64,000 nucleotides of DNA from Lama glama. Lineage: Eukaryota. Below the pieces are notes generated by a model. It was not told where the DNA came from. It saw nothing but the letters and a program-made list of their open reading frames with translations, and did not search any database. Made by a program: the position numbers and the translations under genes. Positions 1-12,962 of this stretch are shown here, piece after piece. The stretch is taken from the NCBI GenBank assembly GCA_028534125.1, contig CM052828.1, positions 52,204,001 to 52,268,000 of the forward strand, in the 5' to 3' direction. Positions within the stretch are counted from its first letter, which is position 1; each line of letters starts with the position of its first letter.

Positions 1-29
1 GAGCAGCATTTTATGTTGCAGAAAAAGCA

Positions 30-205
30 CATATGTGGAGTCAGACGGGCTTGCAGTGGAATCTCAGCTGTTTGACCTTGGGCAACTCAAATAAGCTCTC
101 TGAGTTTGGCTTCCTTCATGTGTGAAGCAACCACATTGTTGTGAATATTAAATGAGAGTGTATAAAGCACCTACTAAATGCCTGGCACACAGTGGGTGCT
201 TAAGA
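30..205 (+). mobile_element. MIR SINE
   Basis: Core ctgtttgaccttgggcaa...ctctctgag...tgcctggcacacagt. Confidence 0.7.
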
Positions 206-584
206 AGTCATCTCTTCCCTGTCCCCCTTGCTGATGTCCTGTAAGTGACTTTTTTAATAAGACCCTTTGTGAAATAGCTCAGATGTTTCAGTTGCCTACA
301 AAATCCGTCTGAGGTGTCACTCACCAAAGTAATAGGGGAAAAGATGTTTAGGGAAATAACAGAATGAGTTTGGGGACAGCAATTCGTCTTGCTTTGCCTT
401 TGATACCAAGGCATTAAAGTATTTCTTCTCACTGACCAGTATTTCAGTGCAGAGAACACATTCCAAAGGGGGAAGGTAACATTCACAGGGGATCAAAGGA
501 AAATAGGGAGGCTGACTGATATGTAGGCAAGCAGGGGAAGACGGGGCTGGCCAGCTGTGTTGAAACTAAATTGTGGAAGATACA

Positions 585-977
585 TGTTACAGGCTGCATT
601 GTTCCCCCCCCTCCCCACACACACACGTGTATGTTAAAGCCGTGACACTCAGGACCTCGGAATATGACTGTCCTTGAAGACGGGGCCTGCAGAGAGGTGA
701 TTAAGTTAAAATGGGGCAGTTGGAGTGGGCCCTAGTCCAGTCTGAACAGTACCATTTTAAGAGGAGGAAACTGGGAGATAACTCAGGAGACACCTGGGCG
801 TGTGTGCCCAGAAGCAAGGCCTTGTGAGGACACAGCCAGGAGGCGGGCATCTGCAAGCCAGTGAGAGCGGCCGCAGGAGAAACCAGACCTGGGATGCCTT
901 CAGCCCCCAAAACTGCTGTTTTGGCCTCTCAGTCCACAGTCCTTTGTTACGGCAGCCCGAGCAAACTCTGACTTACA
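585..977 (+). mobile_element. MLT1-type ERVL-MaLR solo LTR
   Basis: TG...CA ends; gaggtgattaagttaaaatg, atctgcaagcca and ctttgttacggcagccc motifs. Confidence 0.75.
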
Positions 978-1989
978 GGCCCTCGGGCCCCAGCAGGGGA
1001 CGTTCCATGATTCAGTGGGTCCTCCTGAGTAGGAATGGCATTTCTGGAAGCCCATTCATTTTAAGCAAATCCCTCTGCAGTCAGGTATGTGGGTCTGTAG
1101 CTGTGCCCTAAAGGCCAGCAGCATGATTTTAGTGAGAACAGGGATGTATGGCTGGTTGAAGGGGCTGGGGAGGTGAGGTTAGAGATGGATGATTACAAGT
1201 CTGATCCTCTAGAGACCCACTGGCAGGAAAAGAAAGATTATGGGGCGTTTGTTGCCTTTTTAACTCACCTGGAACTTGTTTCTGTTCTGCTTAGGTCGAA
1301 TGAGCAAGTGATTTGTCTAGGATGACCTGGTCCAGTTCAAATGCTCCCCTGTAACCCTCCCTATAAATCAAACTTGAATGCTTTCACTCTAGCCAAGCAG
1401 CAACCCTATTTTCCTTCCCGCTCACTCCAGCTCATCCATTTCTAGTGGTTTAGGTCCTCCCTGTGCAAGGCCTTCCCTCTCAGCTCCACAAATGCCAGTC
1501 TAACCAGTAAACGGAGAGGTGCTTGCAGGCACCGCGTTCTCACCCAAGCCGGATTAGCTGTGACGTGACCCAGGCCTTGGAGCGCTCTGGCTGTAGAACT
1601 CGACCCAACGGGCTAATTCAGGCCAGTCTGATGTTCCCAGGCCTCCATGTTCGAAAGCCATATGCTCATTTGGCTCAAATTGGTGCTTGTATTTGATGCT
1701 TTCCACAGAAATGCCAAAACCAGAAGAGAGATGTTTTAAAACAATGCCTGAAATTGGCAGCTACACTGACAGAGCAGAGCTGTTCTGTCCCGCATGGCCC
1801 GCAGCCGTTTAGGTGGGCTCTGTGGCAGGGCTGGCCATGGCGAAAGATCTCAGAGATGGCTCCCCTGAAGCAGCCCTGGAGGCCAAAAGAGCACAGGGTG
1901 GCAGGCTCGTGAGCGGGCACTGGGCAGCCATTGGGAGCCCTCTAGAATTCTCTGGTTAATTCGCTCTGACATGCAGACACAACTGTGTC

Positions 1990-3062
1990 AGACCTTCTCC
2001 ACCTGCCTCAGTCTTTTTGATGTTCTTCCTTCTGGAAACACGGCCATCCCATGGCTTCCATGACACAACTCTTTCTTCTGTTCCGTCCTCCTGTCCGGTG
2101 GTCGATGTGTCATCAGTGCTGATGCTTCCCCCCCGGGACTCTCCCAGGCTGGCCTGTCCTCCGTGGAGTCGGAGTTTTGGATGAGTGTGTCCCACCATTT
2201 CCAGCCTGTCTCTTCCTCACGAAATCCAAGGGCACCTCATACAATGAAAGCATCTGGAACCCTCCATCCTGGCCCTCTTCCAGTGCTCCCTGTCTCAGTG
2301 GGACCAGCATCCATCCAGATGCCTGCAGCAGAAACCTCAGTGTCATTCTGGTCATTGTCTCCTTTCTCGGCCACCATTTCTAGCCCTTCAGTAAATCCCA
2401 GTGTATTTTACCTCTTAAATTTTTCTTGAGTCCACCTACTTTTTCCCAATTCTGCTTCTGCCCTCCTGGCCCAGAATACCATTCTTTTTTTGCCTGGACG
2501 ATTATAGTCAGTAACCTGCACCTAGTCTGACCTCCTCTAGCTGGTCTCACACTGCCAGACTGATCTTTTAAACGTGCAGATGTGATCATATCAGCCCCAT
2601 ATTTAAAATCCTTCCCAGTGCTCTAGGGAGAATGAGAAAGCATCTTAACATGGCCTTGGTGGGATCTGGCCCCTTCCAGACCCGCCAACCTTGTTATGCG
2701 GTCATGTTGGTCTCCCATCACTTTAAGTCACCTGGACAGGTGTTTTTACTGCTTGTCTTTATATGTTCTCCTCACCTGTCTTCCCCTTCGGATCTCAGCA
2801 CAATGTCACATTCAGGGAAGACTTCCTTCTGCCTTCTCCCCACCCGAAACTAGGTCAAACCTCTCTATCCTGACACTCACAGTCCTCTGGGACTCACCTT
2901 TGTTTCCTTTGTCTCAGGTACCTCTTTTGTTAGGAGAGTTTTGGTTCTTGTCTTTCTCACTAGACCGTAAGCTCCATGAAGCAGGGACTGTGGTTGGTCT
3001 CCCATCATAGTGTCCCAGAGCCCAGCAGGGGGACACAGTGATGTGTTGTTGAATGAGTAAAG
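1990..3062 (+). mobile_element. L2 LINE 3' fragment
   Basis: ggcttccatgacac; ctagaccgtaagctccatgaagcaggga; terminal tgttgaatga. Confidence 0.7.
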
Positions 3063-4179
3063 GGGTTTCAGTTCCAGTGGTCTGCATCTCAGTTTTCTTA
3101 TCTATCAAATGGAGATGTTTTTGCCATCTTTTAAGATTCTTGGGAGGAAAATAATGTGTCTCGCAAATAACGATTGTTGTTTTGGAGGATTACTCTCATT
3201 TTAAGGTCGAGGCTTATGCATAAGACAATGGAGATGGTCCTAAGTCAACTCATGCTTTTTTTTTTTCCATATAAGAATGTGGGAGAGGATGGGAAATACA
3301 AAAATGAGAATTTCATTATAAAATCGTATTTATTTGAGAAAGTAATGGGGAAGATTAACCTGAATAAGATGATACTTAAAATTTTTACTTTTCTCATTAT
3401 GAGAATTCTGAGTGATCGTTTAAGATAATTTGGATAATGTAGAAAGGCTGAAGAAAAGAGATCACCCGTCTGCATGGTAACGTGTCATGTAGATACTACT
3501 ATTTCATTTAATTGTTTATTTTTAATTTAGGCTATGGTAAGTTTTTCACTATTATAAAAAATGCTGCAATTAGAGTTAAGATAATTGTATAAATCTTGAT
3601 TACATAAATGCATAATTTACCAAAGTCAAGTTACCGGATGCAAGATTTGTGTATAAGTATTTTTAGGCTTTAGATAATTATTCACTAATTATTTTTCAGA
3701 AATGTTGTAGCAATTCATACATCCACCAGTAGAGTAAGATGGTGCCCATTTCCTTGCACCCTCACCAAACCTCGGGTTTATAAAATACAAACATGCACTG
3801 CAGGCAGGCATATCTAGATGCGTATTTAATGGGTGGAAATGGCATTTGATTAAACTTGCACTTGTGCAGATTACTCATGAACTTGGGCATTTTCTCGTTA
3901 GCCGTGAACATTTTTTCTTCTATCAGTTACCTGTTATTCTTGGCATAGCTTTCTTCAGGAGCATTTCTCTTTTTCATATTTATTTATGAAACTCTCTTTC
4001 CATTAAGCCCATTAACTGTATTTTTATCATAGATGCAAATATGAGCTTCAGTGGATCCCTTTCACGTGGTCACAAGTTCAAGGGTTAACTTAACACTTTA
4101 TTAATAAGGGTAACTGGCTTCTCTCTCTCCCTCTCTTTTGAAAATTTTGCCACTCAAACTGCATGGTAAGGAGAATATC

Positions 4180-4385
4180 CGTTTAAGCATCTGGACTTTG
4201 AAATTGGACAGACCTGATTTCAGTCCTAGCTCTGCCGCACTCCAGCCGAGGGCCTGGGACGAATTACTGGGCCTTTGTAAGTCTCAGATTTCTCTCCTGG
4301 GTAACAGGAATCCTTCTGGCCTTGTTTTAAGAGACAAATAGCTTATGGATGGTGCCTGATTCAGGGGGGTATTCTATAAATACTC
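4180..4385 (+). mobile_element. MIR SINE
   Basis: ggactttgaaattggacagacctg...ctcagatttctc core. Confidence 0.55.
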
Positions 4386-4808
4386 GCTCTCTTTCTGTGC
4401 CCCTCAAAGATGTGCTGTTCTGTACATACATCTACAGACATGTGTTTTGTTTCATCAAGGAGCATCTATATTTTAGTCCATTGATAGCCAGACATGCAGT
4501 TGCTCATTAGTATTTGCAGAAAGCTGTGATCATCGTATAAATGAAAATAGAAAAATTCTTAATGAGCTCTCTGAACTCTTTAAGTCTAAGAGAGATTTTT
4601 ATTTTCAAGCTCTGGGATAATATTAGCAAATTCAGATCTGTTCTGTAAGCGTGGGAGACAATGTAAGTTACAGCATTCTGGAGAAAGAAAGAAACAACCT
4701 TAAATACTCAAAAATACTTTGATTTTAAACAGCTCCTAGTAAAGTCTCCAAATACCTGCACCCTTTCATTGAGAATTTGTCTCATTCTGTCCTTTTTTCC
4801 CTTTGTAG

Positions 4809-4851
4809 GTGTGGCTGGATCTCTTAAAACCTATTGTCAAGCAGATTAGAA
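4809..4851 (+). CDS. FARP1: FARP1 coding exon (~exon 4), FERM domain: VWLDLLKPIVKQIR+
   Basis: Pyrimidine tract + tttgtag acceptor, gtaagt donor; 43 nt, phase 0->1; peptide matches recalled FARP1. Confidence 0.95.
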
Positions 4852-7098
4852 GTAAGTATACGCCCCATGTGTTTCACTGTGATGTCAAATAAGAAGCCAG
4901 GCATTTTCCTCGTGTAGACATCCTGTGTGGCGTCGAGCCCTGGTGCTGCATGTTCTTTTTTTACCCCATAATTGCTTTTTCATCCTCCACTAATCCATGT
5001 ACTATTAAAATGTGTCTTCTGCAATTTTTCACATATAACAATTTGGCAATCAAAACCTTGCTTGGGAAATCAAATGTCATTTTGATTAACGACCAAAGCA
5101 TGCTGTTAAGCCCTAGTCACTGAGCTTGTCTTGTCAATGCTTGTGTTTCTTCCTGTCGATTTTGAAAGGAGAGGGTGGAGCCGTTTATTCATAAAACTGC
5201 TGTTAGTTTTTTTATCTTGCCTTTTCAAAGCCCGTGAAATCAGAATGCAAGTGGTGTTTGGAAAAATAAGGCGCCCCAAAGTGTGTGTGTCTGTGTGTCT
5301 GTGTCTGTGTATCTGAGTGGCAAGCAGGACTGAAGAGAGTCTGTGCATTTAGACTGTGGTCAAGAAATGATTCAAGAGAGTCTAGGGGAGAAGTAGGGAA
5401 AGAAAATACTCCTTTCTATCTCTTTTTTCTTTGTACATCAGCATTTGGACCATCCTCCCCTCTCTCTGCTTTGAGGTCAAGTTCAGAGACAGGCTCTGTT
5501 CTCCAGTTCATCCCAACAGTCCCTCACTGTGGCCAGAGACCCAGCAAGAGCCTGAGGATGGGAACCAAACGGCATGCCCTTAGTTGAGCATGAAACACAA
5601 TACCTTGTGGGGCCGTTTTTATGTCTGATTAAGAAACCCCATCGGGCCACTTGCAGCAATTTATGTGGGTGTTGAATGGCCTTCATGCGATTGACATTGA
5701 TGTTGATCTTGTATCATTTAAATTAAGCAATTATTAACGCAGAAACCGAAACAGCCACTGTTTACCGTTTATTGGGTGGCTGGCTGCGGGTAGGAGGACA
5801 CATTGAGAGGGCCCCCCCCCCCCCGCTCCTGATGGCTGGAGGCAGCATAGTGTCTAGAATGATGACGCTTGTCCCCATGGGAACTCGCAGGGGGAGGTGC
5901 CGGCGGTGGAAAGGTGTCGCCCCAGGCCGGCGCCTGCGGTTTGGGGTCAGCACTGGAGCGAAAGTTCCCCTCCTCATCTCTGTGCGCTGTGACTCGCCCT
6001 GGGTGACAAAGCTGTCATTTTGCATTTGAGTGCCAGCTTCTTCCTAGCTTTGGGCTTTTGAAAGATCCCAGTGGCCTCATTTCATTCCCCAGCTGTGAAG
6101 ACTGCTGGGAGGAAAGAGCTGGCCTTCCATCTCCCCCATTTTCTGTCACTTTGTGACCCGGAATCGACGTGCGAGGATTTCTGTTCATTTTTCGCGTGGT
6201 TAGCGGAAAGAAGCCCCACTTCTCTTGGCTTCGGTGTTCCCCGGCCTTGTTGTTTTCCTCCCAATTTTATACATATTGTGACATCTTCACCTTATGATAT
6301 CTCGTTTGGGGAGTTTTTTCTAAATTTGATTGTGTCACCATAGACATTATAGTACAGCATCTATTTTCTGTGATAGTAAGAGGTAGAGCAAAAAGACATT
6401 TTCTGCTTTTATGCAACTGCTGTGAAAATTTGGATTTTATTATAATACCTTATATTTCATAGAACATAAATTTACTGCTGTTATTCCAAATGGTAGACCC
6501 TGTAAGGCTGCCCTTGTATAAGTAAGTGGTAGCTTACGCAGCAAAACAAACTCTGACTCCGGTTACAAATTATTATTTTACAATCTATTCGATGTTCTGT
6601 TTTAATTCTGAAAAGTTATCTGTCTCACTCCTGGTCTCACCCTGTCCACCTCTTCCCAGATCTGCTTCCTAATTTCATCAGAACATTTCAGTAAGACCAC
6701 GTGTAAGATACTTAATGAAGGCTTTGGCTGGACTGTGATAAACACATTAGCAGCTGTACCTTGGAGATAATTAAAATAATAAATTACGTAACTGATTTAC
6801 ATTTTCATTATCTCTTCCTAAAGTTATCCAAAGCCTACACTTGGACTAAGGCAGACAATTAGATAAATTTTTGTAAGACAAATGGCTGCTTTTAAAACCT
6901 GGGGTACGAATTAAATCTCCAGAGAAAAAGGTTATTAATGCCTCGATGTAATACCCTTGTCACAGTGTTTTTAAAAACAGGTATCTGTCTCCCCATGATA
7001 TGAAAATGTGAATTAGTAACTGAACACACCCAGCTGTTCAGTGACCTGGCATTGGCACATGTACTCTTTTTGGGGGGAGATGGGGGCGGGGCAACTCA

Positions 7099-7213
7099 AT
7101 ATTTATTTATTTACTTACTTACTTATTTACTTATTTACACAGAGGTGCTGGGGATTGAACCCAGGACCTCGTGCATGCTAAGCACGGGCTCTACCACAGA
7201 GCTACACCCTCCC
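7099..7213 (-). mobile_element. Camelid vic-1-type tRNA-Ala-derived SINE
   Basis: Reverse strand gggagggtgtagctctgtggtagagcccgtgcttagcatgcacgaggtcctgggttcaatccccagcacc (A and B boxes) plus a TAAA-rich tail. Confidence 0.85.
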
Positions 7214-7361
7214 TGCTACTGCCCGCCCAGCAGATGTACTCTTGGCAGTTTGGAATGAGACATTATCTGGTGTATAACATAGCTTCTAAAGTCTTTTTTT
7301 TTTATTTTAATGGTATTTGAAGCCCAAATCGATAAATGCTTTATTTTTCCCCCTTTTTTAG

Positions 7362-7440
7362 GGCCAAAGCATGTTGTTGTTAAGTTCGTGGTGAAATTCT
7401 TTCCACCTGACCACACACAACTCCAAGAAGAACTTACAAG
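7362..7440 (+). CDS. FARP1: FARP1 coding exon (~exon 5): RPKHVVVKFVVKFFPPDHTQLQEELTR
   Basis: ttttag acceptor, gttagt donor; 79 nt, phase 1->2; FERM F1/F2 junction motif. Confidence 0.97.
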
Positions 7441-10400
7441 GTTAGTGGTTTGGAAACTGGATATTGATGGATGTTCTAAGTTGACTGATAAATCATTTTC
7501 ACAGCGTTTCCTTGACCAGCATCTGCTCCGGGCTGAACAGTTTAACCTCCCTCTCTCCCAGTTGTGCTCACAGATGTCGGGAGAAAGAAAGTACCTTGGT
7601 TTCCTTGAAAGCTGGTTTCTTGAAGACTGTGCTATGAAGTGCACTGGCCTTATTACCTGTTACTGTCATATTTTCCCCTTGTATCTCTGTCACATCACAA
7701 GACAGTTAGGGAAAATGAATCTCTTCTGTGAAACCAAGGTGTTAAGTCAGAGTTTCTCTCTGTTGCTGCGACAGATGAATGGATATGAACCGGAGGTCAG
7801 TTTCTTTGAAAGTCTGGCCGAGCCCTGCCCTTGGTAGCTGTGTGACCAGCCAGTTACTTAATCCCTCTGCGCCTCCACTGATTCCCACATCAGTGTGATT
7901 GCAGTGCTTGCTTGGCCAGGGTTGTTTTGAAGATAAGCACTGTTCTACGTCAGGTGACTGGAGCCCAGGAGGGATCTGTGAATGAGAACCGTCATCCTCC
8001 TCCTCGTCACTGCTGCTACCCATTTTATAATTTGCAGCAAGACACAGAGAGTGGAGCCTGGTGGGAACACAGGAAGATAAAATGCTCACCTTTCAAGGGT
8101 GCTTTCCCTCATGAGGACACTAGTCTGACCAGCCAGATCCTTGCCACACATCTTTCAAGCTTTAGCTGTCATATCAAAGTCTGTCACTGCTTTCTCATCC
8201 CTCTTGGTCAGAGCACAGTATCTTGGGTGGTTGACTATCATTTATTAAAGGGATGAAGACATGCAGGCAACAGTATTGATGAAGGGCACTCTGTGGGAAA
8301 GCCTCGTTCTAGGGACGGGGAAGATACCGATGAAGACAGGCCTGACTCTCATGGGAACAGACGGTGATTAAATAAACAAGGAAAATATCAGATAATCGTA
8401 AGAGGTCTGTAGGTAATTGAAGTAGGTGATGTGATGGGTGGTGCCTGGGCAACAACATTACAGTGCTTGGTCTGAGGAAGTGACAGGAACTGTCAGTCAT
8501 TTTTGGAGGAAGAGCCTTCCAGGCAGGTCAGCAGGCAGTGCCCAAGGCAGAAACAAGCTCCAGATATTCAAATTTTTAAGAGAGGGCCTGTGTGCATGGC
8601 AGGGATGTAGAGGGCAGAGTGCAGTGAGGTGAAGCAGAGGCCCGATGGTACATAGTGTTGAGATTAGTTGCCGTGGAGACCAGGCGGCGGAGGACAGTGA
8701 GGAAGAGGCTGCAGTCACCCAGGCCAAGATGATGGCAGCGGCACCAAAGGAGGTGAGAGGAGTAGAAATGGAGAGAGTGGTTGCATCTGGAATGTGTGCT
8801 GGAGGTGAGGTCAGCCTGAATTTGTGGTGGGTTGACGGTGGAGACTGAGGGAAGTAGAAGGGAGGTTTAAATTTTTGACTTAGGCAACTGAGCGGGGGGT
8901 GATGACTTGAAGGGGAAGGGGTGGAGAGTCAAGAGTTTTGTTCTACAGGTCTCGGTGGTGGTCCCTGCTGGGCATCCCATGGCTGTGTCAGAAAGGGCAC
9001 CGGGCACTCAAACAGGCGATTCGAGGAAGTAGGGTTGGCAGAGGCTCTGCCCAGGGCTTCACGTGCTCAGAACGAGTCCTCACTAATGGTTTACCTCCGC
9101 TTATGTCCCTCTAGTTAGTGAAGCAGTTAAGTGGCTAGGACCACTTCTGAGACCTACCTGCTGTCGGCTAGGATGCTTCACGTAAAGGAGAAACGGCTGG
9201 GGCTGCTACCCCGAGCTCCCAGCCGGGGGCGCCAATGCAGTTGCATCTTCATTTGGTGTCATTTTCAGGGCTTCTGTCTCAGTTTCTGGGGCTGGTTTTC
9301 CTGTTATTGGCACATGCATTGCTTGAAGCTCGGAATATCGAGATGAATCCATAGGCGAGTCCAGCTGTCGGTCAGCGGTGTGTCTTTTTCTCCTACGTCT
9401 CACTAAGCCTTCATCCTGCTTAGGAAGTTGGTAGCATAAGTCCTCCCCTCAAACTTTTTCCGTTTTCTATTTTTGCCACGAGTTTTGCCCCTTTTCCAGT
9501 TTTGTGCATCATCATCTCTAGAAGTTTGTGCTTGTCTGCCATCCTGGTCGTTGTTATAAAATTCCATACAACTTGGTACCATGAAGCCGTGTGCCTGGTA
9601 CTTTGCCAGCTGCCCCATCCGGTGCAATAACTTCCTCAAGTGACACAAGCTTGGCTGGACAGAGTAGGTTCCGGGTTTTGTTATCTCTTTGCTGGCTCCC
9701 AGTGTTCACTAGCATTTAATAAGTCTTTTCCGAAGAGAGAATCCTTCTGGCTCAAGGACGATGAAGTCGATAGGAAATTTAGAAGCTCCTTGCCACTTTC
9801 CCCTTTGTCTCAAGGTGGGACAGGAAGGGGACCTCCCAGGTCCAGTGTGTTTGACTCCCACACTTTCAAATTTCTGTTTTTGGCAGAAATTCAATGATGT
9901 GACCATTGAGATTCCAGGCAGTTTTCCTTGGCAGATGGCGAGGGAGGGTTTGGGAGAAGCTCTGTATGGAAAGTACTTTAGGCAGGGGACGTGTGGACAA
10001 GAGTGAGACAGACAGGAACGGGCCTGCGGTTCCGCAGACTTTAAGTGCCTTGAAGCTGTAGTTAATTCTTCAGGCCTCCAGGAATAGCTTTCTGCTTCTC
10101 ATTTATATAGATAGAAGATTGAATTGCACTTTGCTCTTAAACAAGAAGCTGAATTCCTTTCTATTTATTGAGCTGCACTTTCAGTAGAACTCTTGTACTG
10201 CCGACACCAGGGCCCAGGCTTCTAGAAGGAGGCAAGTACTGACTCTTCGGTGGAAGTTTAAAACAGCAGGGGAAGAGTCTCTGGAAGAGAAGTTACCAGG
10301 CTTCCTTTGGGCAGAGCTCTGAGTCACTTTGCTGTGCCAGCGAGGCCGGACGTGCTTCTCTCTGAGCATCCCGTCTTCAGGGCCATCCGGTTTCTACTTG

Positions 10401-12864
10401 ACTGTGTTCTTCTAGGTGGAGGGGGCCTCTCCGAATTTGCCGCTACGCAGGGCCTGCTGCAGCATTGTCCTTTGGCCGGCAGAGAAAGTGTAACCGACGC
10501 TGAATAAGGAAAGCAAGATCAAATGAAATAGATTGCAATGGACATGTTCAAAACGTGGCATCAGATTGCTGTGATGTGCAACCCCTGCGGGCCCCAGAAG
10601 TGGCAGTCCTCTGACGGGCCCCACTACCGTTGTCGCCTCCTCCACACGCCCACCCTTCTGCCAAGGAAAGTTCGTTCCGTTTGGAGCACTTCGGGTGAAT
10701 TTGACTGGAATTTGCTTCAGTCTGTAGTACGAAAGGTGCTACTGAATTTCTGAAGTTAGCTCTGCAGCCAGCGCGCCTGACTTACAGCTGCTGCTAAGAG
10801 AGGACGAGAGTCGACGCCCAGGAAGGTCTTTCTCGTATTACAGGGGCCTTAGAACAGGACGAGTCAGCATAATCAGGGAGAGACAAGCTCTTCCCACAGC
10901 CTTCAGCATTTGCCTTCTAACTAAACACGCAGCCCACATGAGACCCCCACCAGAGGGCCCCAAAGCCTGAGTCTGTCCCTGAACACAGGACCCTGCGTTT
11001 GAACTGGTAGCTGGGAACATACTCGGAATGCCATGCTTTTCAAACATAAATTCTTCTATCTTATTTAAAAATTAACCACACAGATAAAAAATAAAGCCTG
11101 TAGTTCTAAGAAGTGTTGGCTTCAAAAACCAGTAACCACTGCCTAATCCAGAGAGACGGTTTGTGCCGCTTCTTCCCACGTGAATCTATGTGCTGCTGTT
11201 GTGGTGGTTTTATTTTCTCTGCTTTTCTCCGCTTTGACTCTCCAGGGAGAAAGAGACAGACAGACATAGAGACAGAGGCAGAGAATGAATAAACATTAGG
11301 GGGGTTGGATAAAGGTCAGCTGTTGTCAACTGTTGTCAACTGGTGGATCTGTGGGGATTTTTGGGGTTTTTTTATCTTGGTTTTTTTTCTGGTTACAGAA
11401 CGTCTCTGTAGTTTTTTAGTTTTTCATAATAGAGTTTCCTAAATGATGTTTTTTTTATAAAAGAATTCCCAACATGTATTGAATGTTTTTGTTCTAGTCA
11501 CTATGCTTTCTATGTATTATCCCATTTAATTCTTATGGAAACCTCTATGGTTAGTCTTGATAAAAGCCCTTATTTTTTTTTAATTCAAAGGAACTTTTTG
11601 TTACTACAAAAGTAGTCCATGTACAGTGTAGAAAGTTAGAATATACAGATAAACAAGACTGAGAAGCTAAAAATACCGTAATCCTGCTGCCCAGAGATGA
11701 GCACTGCAGACACCACAGCGAGTAGCGTTTCTGATTTTTTTTCTCTGCATACGTATGTACTTTTCATCTCATCTTGCCATACTCAGATTTCCCCTTTTGT
11801 CCCCTAGATGTCCTTTCAATTGTGTTTCAGTTCACTTTAATCCTTCTGTTGCTACTCAGGTTGTCCCGGCTTTGGCCGGTGGAACGCCCCTTCAAGATTT
11901 TTTCCCTTTTTTTATACAAACCATTTATATTTGAAAGCTGCCTTGTTCTCTGGCATAAGTAGATATTCCAGGCTACTTTGTACTTTCTCTACCCCGCATT
12001 TGGAATCCACCGTTTGTTCAAGGACTTACCTCTTTACCCTTCCCGTGGGGAATTGTATGAGAGCCAGAATCGGGTTGCTAAGGGTTGCTGCTGAAGTAAG
12101 GCTGCTTCTAGACAGTGGGCAAAACTAGCAAATTTCTTTCAAAAAAAAAATGTTCATAATGATATTTTCAAATCGATTTTAGCATCACATTGGTTTTATT
12201 TGATTTCTTTGATTTATAAAGTACCTATTTTCTCCTTTACCAAACGTGTTTACTTGCTTTATTCTATTATGTAAAGACAAGAGTTTTTAAATAACTTGAG
12301 TTGATTTATTTAACCTCTGGCAGCTGAAGCTTATGGAAAAAGCTGAGTGAGTATTACACCACAAAAAAAAAAAGATAGTCTTGGGTTTCCAATTCTATTG
12401 GCAAAACTTGTTCTAACCATAATAACCTACTGTTATCATAAAGCCAGTTTTTAGTGTATTCAACTGATCTGTGAAAAAATTTGAAGTGTTTACTATACCT
12501 TGCAAAAATATATAGGGTGGTAAGTTATAGTCTTCGTTGCTTATGGCTGTAGCTCTCTGTATAAAATGAAATGCATTGCTCATCATGTGACAAGATTACA
12601 GCATGTGTCTCCCGATGCTTTTAGGGAGTGTGAATGTTGACATTGCAGGCAGTAGCACCAGGAATTCGTTCCTGCCCGTGCAGACTTTTTTATTCCTTGG
12701 TTTATATACCTTTCTTTAGGTCTTCCATGGGCGGACAGGTTGCCGGAAGTGAGCCAGACCTCCCCGCCCTCTTTGCTTACAGCCTAGTCTATGTATATGA
12801 TGCCATCTCTATGTAAATGACCTCATCTCTGTGTAAATGACTCCCGTCTCCATTGTGTTTGCAG

Positions 12865-12962
12865 GTACCTGTTTGCCCTGCAAGTGAAGCAGGACCTGGC
12901 TCAAGGCAGGCTGACGTGTAACGACACCAGCGCTGCCCTCTTGATCTCACACATTGTGCAAT
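12865..12962 (+). CDS. FARP1: FARP1 coding exon (~exon 6): [32 protein letters not shown]
   Basis: ttgcag / gtgagt; 98 nt, phase 2->1; FERM F2 lobe. Confidence 0.97.

Noticed and set aside
5868-5990. ATGATGA C-box-like motif suggesting an intronic C/D snoRNA
   Set aside because: No properly placed CTGA D box or terminal stem
7140-7213. tRNA-Ala-like sequences (also at ~32540, 37590, 49300, 54770)
   Set aside because: They are diverged, carry A-rich tails and in some cases TSDs, so they are SINE heads rather than tRNA genes
7310-7837. 175-aa ORF running through exon 5 into the intron
   Set aside because: Exon 5 has a good donor (AAG|gttagt), the downstream peptide is not protein-like, and it ends at a MIR edge; likely chance read-through
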